Source: Macrostomum lignano
Taxonomy: Eukaryota
Length of the DNA: 64,000 bases
NCBI GenBank assembly: GCA_002269645.1
Contig: NIVC01000020.1
Span: 496,001-560,000 of the forward strand
Direction of reading: 5' to 3'
Position 1 is the stretch's first letter, and every line of letters begins with the position of its first letter. A program made the translations under genes and the position numbers. The notes under the pieces were generated by a model. That model was not told the DNA's origin and did no database searches. It was given only the letters and a program-made list of their open reading frames with translations. Shown here in pieces: positions 39,915 through 57,537 of this stretch.

Positions 39915-40275
39915 TGGCCAGCAACGTGGGGTTCGAGTGGCAGCCATAGTCTATGGCCAGCCCTGCTGGGCACTGGCTGGAAAGCTTTGCATAGCAGAGT
40001 GGGGTTAGAGTGGCAGCTGTAGTCTATGACCAGCCCTGCTGGGCACACTGGCCGGAAAGCTTTGCATAGCAGAGTGGGGTTAGAGTGGCAGCTGTAGTCT
40101 ATGACCAGCCCTGCTGGGCACACTGGCTGGAAAGCTTTGCATAGCAGAGTGGGGTTAAAGTGGCAGCCATAGTCTATGACCAGCCCTGCTGGGCACTGGC
40201 TGGAAAGCTTTGCATAGCAGAGTGGGGTTAAAGTGGCAGCCGTAGTCTATGGCCAGCCCTGCTGGGCACACTGAC
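39915..40275. repeat. 73-75-bp repeat, about 5 copies
   Basis: ccctgctggg recurs at 39961, 40034, 40109 and onward. Confidence 0.93.
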
Positions 40276-41904
40276 AGAACGAAACTTTTTTTAGACTTCG
40301 GCGTGAAATAATTGCATCCCAAGATGAGTCTCGAGCTTTTTCTCTTTGGCAGTTTATATAAGACTATAGAAAATGTCGTGTAAATTGAAACATTAATTTT
40401 TCTGTGACCCTTCGTCTCCTACAAAGGATTTTTGAATCAATCGAACAGTTTGCTATTTGTCGGCAGGATTGAGAGAGGATTGAGAGACTGCTTTTGCGCA
40501 CTGCATGTAATCTTATCTGCTCTGCTTTTTCCATTTGCCTGAGCTGCTCTAGTCTACTTGAACCAAAGCTTTCCATCTGCTGCAGCGATCCTGAGCCTTT
40601 GCCATCAGTTCCCCTTTTCTGTTTTAGAATTAACTATAGAAAGCACTTCTGAAGTGCACGCGCGGACAACCAAAGTAGAAGGGCACTACGACTGCAAACC
40701 TCCTGTGAAATCTCTTTGCTGTACATGTATTTTTGCGAACAGATTATTCTCGGCTGGTTCGTCTCTTGATCATTTTCATGTGCTGCTCTTTGACTCAGTG
40801 AATTAGGGTCTGAGTACAGTAAAGATTACCCGATCATCTTAGTGTATCAGTAGCATTAAAAGCCCTTGATAGTAGCTTTAATCTGCTTAACTTCAGTCAT
40901 CTTTGCTTTACTGCCTGCGATGCTACCATATTTATCGATTTGATTCATCGTTCTTCATTTTTTTCTTGTTCTAAAAATATATCAGCAGCCATTTTTAATC
41001 AGATCGAATAGTTCCCATATCGAACCTGCTTCTGCCTCATTCTTAAACATTCACTTGAACACGTGTGCATCGCAGCGGGGCGGTCAGGTGTGGCAACCAA
41101 CGGCAATCAGCAGCTTGTGCTGAGCTCAGAGCTGCTACCCTACCACAGCAGCAGCTCCTAATAATTCTATAGTGGCGGCCAGAAGTGACGCAAGCAGCCT
41201 ATTTGACAGTCTACTAACCGAAGCCAACTGTGCTTAACTTATAGTGTATAGTCTCGATGGCTGATGCATTTTCACCCTAGAAATACTTCCCCTGCACTGA
41301 CGGTCGAGGCACTTGGCCACTTCAGAACCGCAGCCGATGCCTCAGAGCCGCGGGCGTCAATGCCTCGATCCAGCGGTTGCTTTCAATGCCCAAAGCGGCG
41401 GATCAACGGCACAGTAAAGGATAAACAGATTCGCCCGCCCGGGCCAGACTGAACTGCAGTGCAAAAACTGCAGGAGTCTCGGTGCCCTCCCGCAGTGCTG
41501 CCCTCCTGCAGTGCATCAGATTGCAGCTCCGCCACCCGCGGCGGGTCGGGTGTTGCCTGCCTGCTTGCAAGTACCTGCATTATTAGCCTGTGCATGTGTG
41601 TCATGGGCCCTCATCGACTCCAGAAATTTTGTGATGATTTGTTAGCACTAAAAGTATAAGTCCATAATGAAGATATGCGCGCATAATGTCACCAATAGCT
41701 GAGTTTAATAAAGACTGAAATGCGCTTACGACTCCAACAATTTGTTTAACAGAACGGCACGCTAAACAAGTGCATTGCACGATTGTGCCTGCTACATAAC
41801 TTTGCCCGGCACAGATGTCCCTATTCCGCGCGTATTTCACGCTAATAAAAAGATAAGGGGTGCAGGCAGTGAATGTGGGGTAAGCCCCATTCCCCTCTCC
41901 TACC

Positions 41905-42078
41905 CTCCTTGGTGGTCCAGCGCGGCGGTCTTATGTTCCAGCGGTCCAGGCTCGATTCCAAGTGCAGTCACGTTAATATGGGGCAAAATTGGAATCTCAG
42001 CTGGGGTCTGCTCCTGCAAATAACGCCCTTGAGGGCCAACGCCATAGTGAAGTGTACTGCATACCTAACAATAAATAA
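41905..42078 (+). mobile_element. Possible degenerate tRNA-derived SINE
   Basis: A-box-like tggtccagcgcgg, B-box-like ggctcgattcc about 35 nt downstream, and an aataaataaa-type tail near 42070. No intact cloverleaf. Confidence 0.3.
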
Positions 42079-43737
42079 AGTTAGGGTCACTGTGTGTACA
42101 CTCCTGTGTGAGTGTGTGCTTTGTGTGACTGCGTACGGATCCGCTGCGCCTGTGTGCCTGCTCAGGGGGGCGGTGGAATGGGCAGCAAATTGCTTCTCGC
42201 CGGTTGTCTGACAGTGTCGCCTCTAGTAAAAATAACAAAAGGAGGGGTGGATAGATACTCGTAATTAAGGAGTGTAAATCAGTCACGTGACTGATGCCTA
42301 CATGGGAGAGCAAATGTGGAATAATGGCAATTGCTCTATTGTGTTTGGGTGAAAGTAAAAGTACATTTTTATACATACAGGAAAATTATTGCAATGCAAA
42401 GTAATAAAATATACAAATTTATGATTTGAACCTGTAACAGTAATTATGTGTAATTATAACCGCAAAAATACATACATGTATGTCCTCATGTTAACTCTGC
42501 TGTGCTTTCTGAGTACTGTACATTACATGTATGCAATTCCGATTCTATGCACACAATACACCACTGTGGCCCATCCGCTCAATTAACCCATTCGCCCAGA
42601 CCCGTTCAGGCCCCCAAGGTCATCGAAGCGTTGATATGTGCATGTGTGTACGGGTTGTACCCACATGTACGGATCGATCGATAAAATTCTCTGGCCCGGG
42701 GCTAGACCGTTTAAAACGCGCTTATTGGCTCTTAAAACTGCCTCGCCACCCCCATAAAATATCGGCCCTTTCCCTCTCACCCTTCCCCCTGACAGTCACA
42801 AGTGCCAGCTGCGCTAAAGTGCAACTTGATGGAGAAATTTGTTTGTCAACAGAGAGCCGAGAGTCTGATAAAATCAAGACTCCTTCCAATTCACGAGTCA
42901 GTTCCCTGCAACGCTTGTACGATGGAAAAGCCGAACTCCGGCAGTTAAGCTGTTTGTTGACCAGCGCAGAAATTTGCGTTTCGTATTCAGTATATCTTAA
43001 AATATTGGGCACAAGAGTCTTCACTTGGAGCTGGACTTGGGCACAGAAAGCCATAAACAAATACAGGACGCACTTCAGGACTTCTGACCGGCACAACGCG
43101 GACTAAACGTAAACTATATATACGATACAGACCGGAGCAGAGCGAATGTTCAATTTGCATTTTCTCGCATGCAAGCGCGCGCAGCTCGCTACTGCGGCAA
43201 GTAGAGTGTTTAGTAAAATAGTTATATAGTAAAAGGTGCGACCAGTTTTTCTAATTATTTTTTTTTCGCTAAAGCGTTGAGAGAGGCTGCTGGATTAAAT
43301 GCACAAGAAATTGCAGAAGCAACAAGCGGACAGAAACCAGTTCGGCATGAACGATTGCTGAGAGAGAATGAAGTGCATCGAATAAGAACTCTTTGATGAA
43401 GGCAGGCCAAACAAAGCTAAATGGGCGACCAGTTGGGAGGCTGAAGCAGACAGAACAAACTACAATGAGAGCAGCTTGTGAAATAGCAGCAGAGGGGTGC
43501 AAGACCAGACACTGCGAGTACCCTACTTTCACGACAAAAAGGATAGAAAATCCGCGTTCATTTGCACTAAAAATTTAACTCGAGCAGAAACATGCAAGGG
43601 GGGGGGGGGCAGAGACCGCGCACCAAAGACAAGACAGTGATAGACAAGCAACGGGAAATATTCGCATGAGGGAACAATGTCCCGCAGAGCAACAGTGTTG
43701 GCTGCTCCAAAGTCGGTGGAATGAATCGCCAGCTACG

Positions 43738-46984
<3,247 letters not shown>

Positions 46985-47673
46985 GGTTGCGGATCACCTG
47001 CGGATCACCTGCGGATTGCCTGCGGAGTGGAGAGGAGTCATTGCGTCTGCACCGCCCAAGAGCAACAAAGTGAAACCAAGAGAGAGCCGCAGAGGCAGCA
47101 GCCTGAATGCCTGCTGCAGGTGCACTGGGTTGCTGGGATGTCAAGTCAATGCATCAATGGTTTAAGAGAGCTTTCTATTGTGAGCTGCCGGGGGTGGGTG
47201 ATGGGGTGCTATATATGACGGCCAGCCTCCAGTCCGCTGCTCCCCCGCTAGCCATCTGGAAAAGTGCAGGCAGGCGGCTGCAGCCCGCAGAGCATCACCG
47301 CAGGACCCGCAGCCAGCTGCAGTGACCCCAAACTGCACTCGGTTTTACAAGGGGAAATGGAGCCATTATCGTTAGGAGCAAAATTCAATGGGTTACTGGG
47401 TGCCGGCAGTCGGCCATGCACTTGGGGCCGCCCGGCCTTTCGGGAAGGCAAAGAAATTATAAAACTCTGCAGGTTCTCCTGCCCTGCCGCTCTTATCGGC
47501 CTTACAGTTTTGGTGTAAGACTGGGAGCCCCTGGCCAGAGTGTCTTCATCTGGCGAGTGCTGGTGATAAGGGAACAAAGACTGCACAGATACGAGCTAGA
47601 TAAAGGTCTTTATTGCCTTGGTGCAGGCTTGCCGCTTTTCCCACGCTCTGGTAGGAGCTTGAAGGGGACTTAC

Positions 47674-47859
47674 TTGGTCTGCTGTTGGCTTCAAGTCTGC
47701 GGAGCCGAAATCCGGTTTGGTTCAGCTGCTCTTTGGCTTGCTCTGCTTGCAGGAGCGGGAGAAATCAGCAATTGCTGGGCCGGGACCGGGGATTTATACG
47801 GGCGAGGGAGGCCCGCGCTATTTCTGTCCGGATTCTCCCCCCCACCGAGCCGCTATTGG
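47674..47859 (-). promoter_or_regulatory. Possible Runx core promoter and non-coding first exon
   Basis: On the minus strand: CCAAT at 47859-47855, TATAAAT at 47798-47792 and a perfect donor CAA|gtaagt at 47673, in a GC-rich island about 0.7-0.9 kb upstream of the Runx ATG. Motif evidence only. Confidence 0.35.
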
Positions 47860-48409
47860 CTGTTGCCCGGCAACTGGGCGCTTTGAGGCCCTCTGTGCCG
47901 CTGCCGGCGCCCCCCGCGCCTCTCCAAACAGCCGCGGCCCCCGCGCCCCAGAAATTTCTAGACGCGCCCGTCTTGAGCTAAAAATAGGCGCCGATCGATA
48001 ACCGGATCCCCGCCGCTCCCAGCGAAGGCCAGAAAATATCGGCTGCTCTCCGACCGAGGCTGAGAGGGGATTTTCTTCCCGCACTCCGCGTTCTAAAGTC
48101 CCCCGCGGGCTCCCGGGGGCTGAGAGACGTGGGGAGACGGCGGGCGGCACGAGTTGCCATTTTTGGACAAGGGGAAGCTCTGGGCGAAAGGAAAAAGGGG
48201 AAGAGAAAGCGGAGACTCTCCCGGCCTCTCCGCCTCTCCGTCTCGCCTAAGTGCAGGAGAGCGGAGGAGCACTTGAAGCAGCCGGGGGGCAAAAGTACAC
48301 TTGCACGGCTGCCGGGGGGAATCTGCTGAACACAGACCTGCTAGTAGCAGAAATAATCTTCTTGAAGCTGGCCAAGACCACAATGCAGCGGATGGGATAA
48401 AATCTGGCA

Positions 48410-51400
48410 GGACAGGCGCAAGAAGGACAGGTGCGGGCGGGACAGATGCGGACAGGACAGATGCAGACAGGACAGATAGGACAGGACAGATAGGACAGGA
48501 TAGATAGAACAGAACAGATAAGACAGGACGAACAGGACAGGATAGATAGGACACTACAGACAGGACAGGACAGACAGGACAGGACAGACAGGACAGGACA
48601 GACAGGACAGGACAGACAGGACAGGACAGACAGGACAGGACAGACAGGACAGGACAGATGCGGACAGGACAGATGCAGACAGGACAGATGCAGACAGGAC
48701 AGATGCGGACAGGACAGATGCGGACAGGACAGATGCGGACAGGACAGATGCAGACAGGACAGATGCAGACAGGACAGATGCGGACAGGACAGATGCGGAC
48801 AGGACAGATGCGGACAGGACAGATGCAGACAGGACAGATGCGGACAGGACAGATGCAGATAGGACAGATAGGACAGGACAGATAGGACAGGACAGATAGG
48901 ACAGGATAGATAGAACAGAACAGATAAGACAGGACGAACAGGACAGGATAGATAGGACACTACAGACAGGACAGGACAGACAGGACAGGACAGACAGGAC
49001 AGGACAGACAGGACAGGACAGACAGGACAGGACAGACAGGACAGGACAGACAGGACAGGACAGACAGGACAGGACAGACAGGACAGGACAGACAGGACAG
49101 GACAGACAGGACAGGACAGACAGGACAGGACAGACAGGACAGGACAGACAGGACAGGACAGACAGGACAGGACAGACAGGACAGGACAGACAGGACAGGA
49201 CAGATGCGGACAGGACAGATGCAGACAGGACAGATGCAGACAGGACAGATGCGGACAGGACAGATGCGGACAGGACAGATGCGGACAGGACAGATGCAGA
49301 CAGGACAGATGCAGACAGGACAGATGCGGACAGGACAGATGCGGGCGGGACAGATGCGGACAGGACAGATGCAGACAGGACAGATAGGACAGGACAGATA
49401 GGACAGGATAGATAGAACAGAACAGATAAGACAGGACGAACAGGACAGGATAGATAGGACACTACAGACAGGACAGGACAGACAGGACAGGACAGACAGG
49501 ACAGGACAGACAGGACAGGACAGACAGGACAGGACAGACAGGACAGGACAGACAGGACAGGACAGACAGGACAGGACAGACAGGACAGGACAGACAGGAC
49601 AGGACAGACAGGACAGGACAGACAGGACAGGACAGACAGGACAGGACAGATGCGGACAGGACAGATGCAGACAGGACAGATGCAGACAGGACAGATGCGG
49701 ACAGGACAGATGCGGACAGGACAGATGCGGACAGGACAGATGCAGACAGGACAGATGCAGACAGGACAGATGCGGACAGGACAGATGCGGACAGGACAGA
49801 TGCGGACAGGACAGATGCAGACAGGACAGATGCGGACAGGACAGATGCAGATAGGACAGATGCAGACAGGACAGATGCGGACAGGACAGATGCGGACAGG
49901 ACAGATGCGGACAGGACAGATAGGACACTACAGACAGGACAGGACAGACAGGACAGGACAGACAGGACAGGACAGACAGGACAGGACAGACAGGACAGGA
50001 CAGACAGGACAGGACAGACAGGACAGGACAGACAGGACAGGACAGACAGGACAGGACAGACAGGACAGGACAGACAGGACAGGACAGACAGGACAGGACA
50101 GACAGGACAGGACAGACAGGACAGGACAGATGCGGACAGGACAGATGCAGACAGGACAGATGCAGACAGGACAGATGCGGACAGGACAGATGCGGACAGG
50201 ACAGATGCGGACAGGACAGATGCAGACAGGACAGATGCGGACAGGACAGATGCAGACAGGACAGATGCAGACAGGACAGATGCGGACAGGACAGATGCGG
50301 ACAGGACAGATGCGGACAGGACAGATGCAAAAAAGACTCGTGGAAAATGAAGCAGTTTCGCATCACCCAGAAGTCAACTGGAAGGGGAGCAGCAAAGGAA
50401 GAGCTGCAGATTCTCCGGCTCAGCTCAATCAATGATGCTCTTTTCTGTCAAAGAAGCTGTTCTTGAGCGTAAAAACAAAACAAAAGCCTGACTAATATGG
50501 CAGTAGAGGAGCCAGGTTGGAGCAGACAGGCCAGAGAGGACAGGACAGGATAGATAGAGCAGGACAGATAGGACAGGACAGATAGGACAGGACAGATAGG
50601 ACAGGACAGGACAGATAGAGCAGAACAGATAGGACAGGACTTGACAGATAGGACAGGATAGATTGGACAGGACAGGACAGGACAGATAGGACAGGACAGG
50701 ACAGATAGAACAGAACAGATAGGACAGGACTTGACAGATAGGACAGGATAGATAGGACAGGACGGACAGGACAGGACAGATAGGACAGGACAGATAGGAC
50801 AGGACCGGACAGGACAGATAGGACAGGACAGATAGGACAGGACAGGACAGGACAGATAGGACAGGACAGGACAGATAGAACAGAACAGATAGGACAGGAC
50901 TTGACAGATAGGACAGGATAGATAGGACAGGACGGACAGGACAGGACAGATAGGACAGGACAGATAGGACAGGACAGACAGGACAGGACAGATAGGACAG
51001 GACAGACAGGACAGGACAGATAGGACAGGACAGACAGGACAGGACAGATAGGACAGGACAGACAGGACAGGGTAGATAGGACAGGACATATAGGACAGGA
51101 CATATAGGACAGGACATATAGGACAGGACATATAGGACAGGACAGATAGGACAGAATAGATAGGACAGAATAGATAGGACAGGACAGACAGACAGGATAG
51201 ATAGGACAGGACAGACAGGACAGGACAGACAGGACAGGACAGACAGACAGGATAGATAGGACAGGACAGACAGGACAGGACAGACAGGACAGGACAGACA
51301 GGACAGGACAGACAGGACAGGACAGACAGGACAGGATAGATAGGACAGGACAGACAGGACAGGACAGACAGGACAGGACAGGACAGACAGGACAGGACAG

Positions 51401-51530
51401 ACAGGACAGGACAGACAGGACAGGACAGACAGGACAGGACAGACAGGACAGGACAGACAGGACAGGACAGACAGGACAGGACAGATAGGACAGGACAGAT
51501 AGGACAGGACAGACAGGACAGGACAGATAG
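48410..51530. repeat. GACAG-based composite satellite (about 2.9 kb) interrupted by about 190 bp of unique DNA near 50330-50520
   Basis: Alternating blocks of ggacaggacagaca and ggacaggacagatgc; a marker block (tagaacagaacagataag...gacactacag) recurs near 48500, 48905 and 49410. Confidence 0.96.
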
Positions 51531-51912
51531 GAGGAGCAGAGAAGAGGTCAGGACGAGAGGCAGAGAGAAGCAGAGTCGGACAAGCTGAACTGCAATTGCA
51601 GCGGCAGCAGCAGCAGACAGGCAGACAGGCAGACAGGGCGGTCGCTGCAGCCGCAGAACTGGCTGCGGGCGGGCTGCGGGTGGCAACCGTCTCGCGCCAC
51701 CGCATTCACGGAACTCACTGCAACTCGCCAGTGAAGCAGCGCGAGGCAGCGTTGCCCCAAAGAAGAAATTTGCATTCCCGCTGCGGCTCCGCACTCGAGC
51801 AGCAAAATCTGGCGAGTCACTGAGGCGCCCGCCGCTTCCTGTCGCTAAATGGTTTTCTTCTAAGAAAAATTCCTGCGGAATGTGCGGTGTCCAGTTGCAT
51901 GTCGGTGGCTCA

Positions 51913-52370
51913 TTCCTGGCTGCCTCCTCATCCCTGGCTGCCTACTCATCCCTGGCTGCCTCCTCATCCCTGGCTGCCTACTCATCCCTGGCTGCCTCCT
52001 CATCCCTGGCTGCCTACTCATCCCTGGCTGCCTCCTCATCCCTGGCTGCCTCCTCATCCCTGGCTGCCTCCTAGGAATGGCTATTTTAATCCGCTTGCAT
52101 GGGTGTCACAATTTCGCTGCCAGTCCCGCTGCCAGTCCTGCTGTCCAATCCCAATGTCAGTCCCGCTGCCAGTCCCGCTGCTAATCCCGCTGCCAGTCCC
52201 GCTGCCAGTCCTGCTGCTAATCCCAATGTCAATCCCGCTGCCAGTCCCGCTGCCAGTCCCACTGTCAATCCCGCTGCCAGTCCCGCTGCCAGTCCTGCTG
52301 CTAATCCCACTGTCAATCCCGCTGCCAGTCCCGCTTCCAGTCCCGCTGCCAGTCCCGCTGCCAATCCCGT
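51913..52370. repeat. 18-bp repeat (catccctggctgcctcct, 51913-52071) and 12-bp repeat (gccagtcccgct, 52115-52370)
   Basis: Direct. Confidence 0.92.
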
Positions 52371-53227
52371 TTCCCATCAGTAACGGGCACCTCACAATGT
52401 CTCACACGCGAGATTGAAAGTTCTTGAAAAAGACTTACAAACTTCAGAAGAAGAAAAACAGGCTGAAAAGCATTTTAATTATGAAATTCCCAGCTTCTAG
52501 CTGAATTTGTGAGGCCGATGTCTGGCTTAGCTCTGGGATTCTGCTTTTGAGGAAAAGCAACCGAGACCCCCCCCCCCAAGCAGCGCCGCTCTGCACCACC
52601 AATTTTCAACAGCTCAGCGGCCTCAGACTGGCAGCTCTGAAGCGCTCGGGCAAATCCCTGCCTCGGGCTTTTTCTGCTCTTCACCAACGCCGCGAGAATT
52701 TCCTAGCGGTGCCTTTCAGCAGCAGCAGATACATGCGGCCGAGCGAGACAATGGAGGCTGGAGGGGAGTCCTCATCAGCCAGCCTGCTACCCGCATCAAG
52801 CCGATGTACAGTTTCTATTCTCTGGCGGCAACTGCCCCATTCGAGGCTTCCCGAGATGGCATCTGGAGCCGGCAGTAGGCCGGGTGTGTCAAAGCCAATC
52901 ATTGATGAAGTTGCTCTAGAAGGGATGAGCTGTGTTTGAAAGAACCGAGTCCCCGAGGCGCCAGGAAAAGCTCAGCTCTGATAATGACAGGGCGTTGCGG
53001 AATAGCAGAGAAAATTATACAGACAGTTGCTGAGAGCCCGGCAGCTGGTAATGACTGACTAGTGAGTGACACACAGTTCTCACTCACTGACTGCTCGATG
53101 GCCCAATATAGCTCTCGGACTTCTTATGGGCACTAAAAATAGCAACTAGGCAACGGCCGCGTGGGCGCCTGCTCTTCAACTGTCTGTCTGCTGTGTCCTG
53201 GCGCTTGTAGCAGGAATGGGGAGGGGC

Positions 53228-54695
53228 TGGCACTCTGCAAAGCTGAGAGTCAGGACTGTGGATGCTCTGGCACCCGCAAAGCTGAGAGTCAGGACTGGGG
53301 ATGATCTGACACTCGGCAAGGCTGAGAGTCAGGACTGGGGAGGGGCTCTGACACTCTGCAAGGCTGAGAGTCAGGACTGTGGATGCTCTGACACCCCGCA
53401 AAGCTGAGAGTCAGAACTCGGGAGGGGGATTGGCACTCTGCAAAGCTGAGAGTCAGAACTGGGGAGGGGCTCTGGCACTCTGCAAAGCTGAGAGTCAGGA
53501 CTAGGGATTCTCTGACACTCTGCAAGGCTGAGAGTCAGGACTGTGGATGCTCTGGCACCCGCAAAGCTGAGAGTCAGGACTGGGGATGATCTGACACTCT
53601 GCAAGGCTAAGAGTCAGGACTGTGGATGCTCTGACACTCTGCAAGGCTAAGAGTCAGGACTGTGGATGCTCTAGCACCCGCAAAGCTGAGAGTCAGGACT
53701 GGGGATGATCTGACACTCTGCAAGGCTGAGAGTCAGGACTGTGGATGCTCTGACACTCTGCAAGGCTAAAAGTCAGGACTGTGGATGCTCTGACACCCCG
53801 CAAAGCTGAGAGTCAGAACTCGGGATGGGCTCTGGCACTCTGCAAGGCTGGGAGTCAGGACTGTGGATGCTCTGGCACTCTGCAAGGCTGAGAGTCAGGA
53901 CTAGGGATTCTCTGACACTCTGTAAGGCTGAGAGTCAGGACTGTGGATGCTCTGACACCCCGCAAAGCTGAGAGTCAGAACTCGGGAGGGGGATTGGCAC
54001 TCTGCAAAGCTGAGAGTCAGAACTGGGGAGGGGCTCTGGCACTCTGCAAGGCTGAGAGTCAGGGCTGGGGAGGGGCTCTGGCACTCTGCAAGGCTGAGAG
54101 TCAGGATTGGGAATGCTCTGGCACTCTGCAAGGCTAAGAGTCAGGACTGTGGATGCTCTGACATTCTGCAAGGCTGAGAGTCAGGACTGGGCTGAGGATG
54201 CTCTGACACCCCGCAAGGTTGAGAGTCAGGACTGGGCTGGGGATGCTCTGACACCCCGCAACGTTGAGAGTCAGGACTGTGGATGCTCTGACACCCCGCA
54301 AAGCTGAGAGTCAGGACTGCGGATTCTCTGACACCCCACAAAGCTGAGAGTAAGGACTGTGGATGTTCTGACAACCCGCGAGGTTGAGAGTCAGGACTGG
54401 GCTGGGGATGCTCTGACACCCCGCAAGGTTGAGAGTCAGGACTGGGCTGGGGATGCTCTGACACCCCGCAAGGTTGAGAGTCAGGACTGGGCTGGGGATG
54501 CTCTGACACCCCGCAAGGTTGAGAGTCAGACTGTGGATGCTCTGACACCCCGCAATGCTGAGAGTCAGGACTGGGGATGCTCTGACACCCCGCAATGCTG
54601 AGAGTCAGGACTGGGGATGCTCTGACACCCTGCAAGGCTGAGAGTCAGGACTGGGGATGCTCTGATACCCTGCAAGGCTGAGTCAGAACTGAGGG
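53228..54695. repeat. About 40-45-bp minisatellite (ctgagagtcaggactgtggatgctctgacaccccgcaaag)
   Basis: Direct, with many unit variants. Confidence 0.95.
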
Positions 54696-55726
54696 CTCTG
54701 ACAACCCGCACTAGAAATGCAATTAACAAATTCACAGACAGGGACTTTGCTCCCACCCAGCAAGCCGTATCCGGAAGAGAAATCCCTTTGAGTCGAGATT
54801 AGCACAAGAGGCTCGGCAGGACTCACCTGCTCACGGGAGGCTCAAAGTCCCGGCCGGTTGCTTCTTGAAGATTTCCGCCAGCCTTCAACTTTCTCCACTA
54901 GCCAGACGTTTGTGTGGTCTGTTTATTGGGTTGGTTGTTGGTTTTTGCGCCGTGCGCTTTTAACCGCAACACCCCCCAGAAGGCAGTGCTTGGCTGGTTG
55001 GCAAAAAACACTCACGCCAGCTCTGGCCAATGGAGTTTGTTGCACTGGAAATGGCCAGGACTTGCTGTTCAAACTGCGGCCCCTCAAAGCTGGATTCTAA
55101 AAATAGACTCGGCAAAGAAGCAGTGAAGGGCCGCTCCATTAGGGGGGCTCGCGCACTTTGCGGGGGCGGCAACCCCCACCCCCACTAACTGGGTGCGCTG
55201 TGCTGACTCAGCTGGCGGGGCCGCGGGAGACAGCAGGGGGCGGCAGGCCGCGGACTGGCAGCGGCTTGGGAACGGGACCACACAGGCACAGCAGAGTTCA
55301 GGACTGGCGCTGCAGACACAGGCAGACAGATGGGGACAAGCATTGAAGGCCGCCTTTCCACCCACGCTCGAAAACAAAACTTATTATTTTCGAATGGGGA
55401 AACCAGGTGGGATCGGGCGCGCCGCCCCTGACTGCTGGTTGAACTTGACATGCCGGCATGACAGCTGTGAGCATTAGCTGTCAGCTCCTCCCGCTTGCTG
55501 TAGTTTTGATGCTGAATGCTCGAAGCTTGTCAGTGCCCTGCTGCTCGACTCTGGCGAGAAGTGCATTGGGAAGAAATTTGATTGAGTAAAGGGATTGAGG
55601 AGTCTGGGATTAAACAGGAAAATAAGAGTAAATGGATGCGACAGGTGGCTGATTGGGCGGCATTGCCAGGCAGCCAGGCTCCCTGAATCCCCTTTCCCAT
55701 ATCATCCATTCCCCAGATATAAATTC

Positions 55727-56413
55727 CCCGAGTCTCGATTCCCCAAGTCTCAATTCCCCAAGTCTCAATTCCCCAAGTCTCGATTCCCCGAGTCACGATT
55801 CCCCGAGTCTCGATTCCCCGAGTCTCGATTCCCCGAGTCTCGATTCCCCGAGTCTCGATTCCCCGAGTCTCAATTCACCGAGTCTCAATTCCCCGAGTCT
55901 CGATTCCCCGAGTCTCGATTCCCCGAGTCTCGATTCCCCGAGTCTCAATTTCCCGTGTCTCAATTCCCCGAGTCTCGATTCCCCGAGTCTCGATTCTCTG
56001 AGTCTCAATTCACCGAGTCTCAATTCTCCGAGTCTCAATTCCCCGAGTCTCAATTTCCCGAGTCTCAATTCACCGGATTTCAATTCCAAGAGTCTCAATT
56101 CCCCGAGTCTCAACTCCCCGAGTCTCAATTCCCTGAGTCTCAATTCCCCGGATCTCAATTCATCGGATCTCAATTCCCTGGGTCTCAATTCACCGGATCT
56201 CAATTCCCTGGGTCTCAATTCCAAGAGTCTCAATTCCCTGGGTCTCAATTCCCCGGATCTCAATTCCCCGGATCTCAATTCCCTGGGTCTCAATTCCAAG
56301 AGTCTCAATTCCCTGGGTCTCAATTCCCCGGATCTCAATTCCCCGGATCTCAATTCCCTGGGTCTCAATTCACCGGATCTCAACTCCCTGGGTCTCAATA
56401 CCCCGGATCTCAA
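55727..56413. repeat. 15-bp repeat (ctcaattccccgagt) with a left-to-right variant gradient
   Basis: Direct. Confidence 0.95.
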
Positions 56414-56825
56414 TGTTCAAGTTAAAATAATTGCAAATTGGCTTCCATTCCAGATTTTTATGCCTAGTATTCCATGTCACCTCAAGGATACCATGGCAAT
56501 GCAAGTGGGCTTTCCCCGCACTAGAATGAGTCACCCAAGACCGCAATCATGAAGCATGGCTCGCTGCCAGGAGCTGATTCGAACATTCGAAGTCCCGCCA
56601 ACGGAAAACCCTTTCAGAATTATGCAGGGGATGGCCATGCTTGCAGTCAAGGACTTCATAAGAAGAAACGGTCATGGATCTCTGAAGTCGATCAAATGTT
56701 GTTTTTAGGGGAGGGAATTGCAACTGCGATCTACCGAATTTATTCCCAACGAGAACAAGTCACCTGACTTGGCGGCACCAGAACTGAAGTTCTGGCAAGC
56801 AAGAGCTCTCATGACACAAAAATGA

Positions 56826-57537
56826 GGATTGTGAACACCCGGCATAAAGCTGGGATTGTGAACACCCGACATAAAGCTGGGATTGTGAACATCCGGGATA
56901 AAGCTGGGATTGTGAACACCCGGCATAAAGCTGGGATTGTGAACACCCGGCATAAAGCTGGGATTGTGAATGGCCAGCATAAAGATGGGATTGTGAATGG
57001 CCAGCATAAAGCTGAGATTGTGAATGGCCAGCATAAAGCTGAGATTGTGAACACCTGGCATAAAGATGGGATTGTGAATGGCCAGCATAAAGATGGGATT
57101 GTGAATGGCCAGCATAAAGATGGGATTGTGAATGGCCAGCATAAAGATGGGATTGTGAATGGCCAGAATAAAGATGGGATTGTGAATGGCCAGCATAAAG
57201 ATGGGATTGTGAACAACCGGCATAAAGCTGGGATTGTGAATGGCCAGCATAAAGATGAGATTGTGAATGGCCAGAATAACGATGGGATTGTGAATGGCCA
57301 GCATAAAGATGGGATTGTGAATGGCCAGCATAAAGATGGGATTGTGAATGGCCAGAATAAAGATGGGATTGTGAATGGCCAGCATAAAGATGGGATTGTG
57401 AACAACCGGCATAAAGCTGGGATTGTGAATGGCCAGCATAAAGATGAGATTGTGAATGGCCAGAATAACGATGGGATTGTGAATGGCCAGCATAAAGCTG
57501 GGATTGTGAATGGCCAGCATAAGGCTGGGATTGTGAA
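56826..57537. repeat. 27-bp repeat (gggattgtgaatggccagcataaagat)
   Basis: Direct. Confidence 0.95.

Noticed and set aside
42500-43560. Short ORFs between the Tc1-like element and the Runx 3' end (e.g. 42722-43096)
   Set aside because: No recognisable motif, splice context or terminal repeats; may be old transposon debris.
46985-47030. Four TCCGCA motifs just before the Runx ATG as autoregulatory Runx sites
   Set aside because: They mismatch the ACCRCA consensus and are part of an 11-bp mini-repeat.
48093-51794. Long Cys/Leu/Ser-rich ORFs up to 490 aa (LSCP repeats)
   Set aside because: Open in several frames of a GACAG satellite that lacks stop codons; no unique domain.
54827-54897. Isolated 71-nt minus-strand exon-like segment with a strong donor (possible distal Runx exon)
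   Set aside because: No partner exon or homology could be established from sequence alone.
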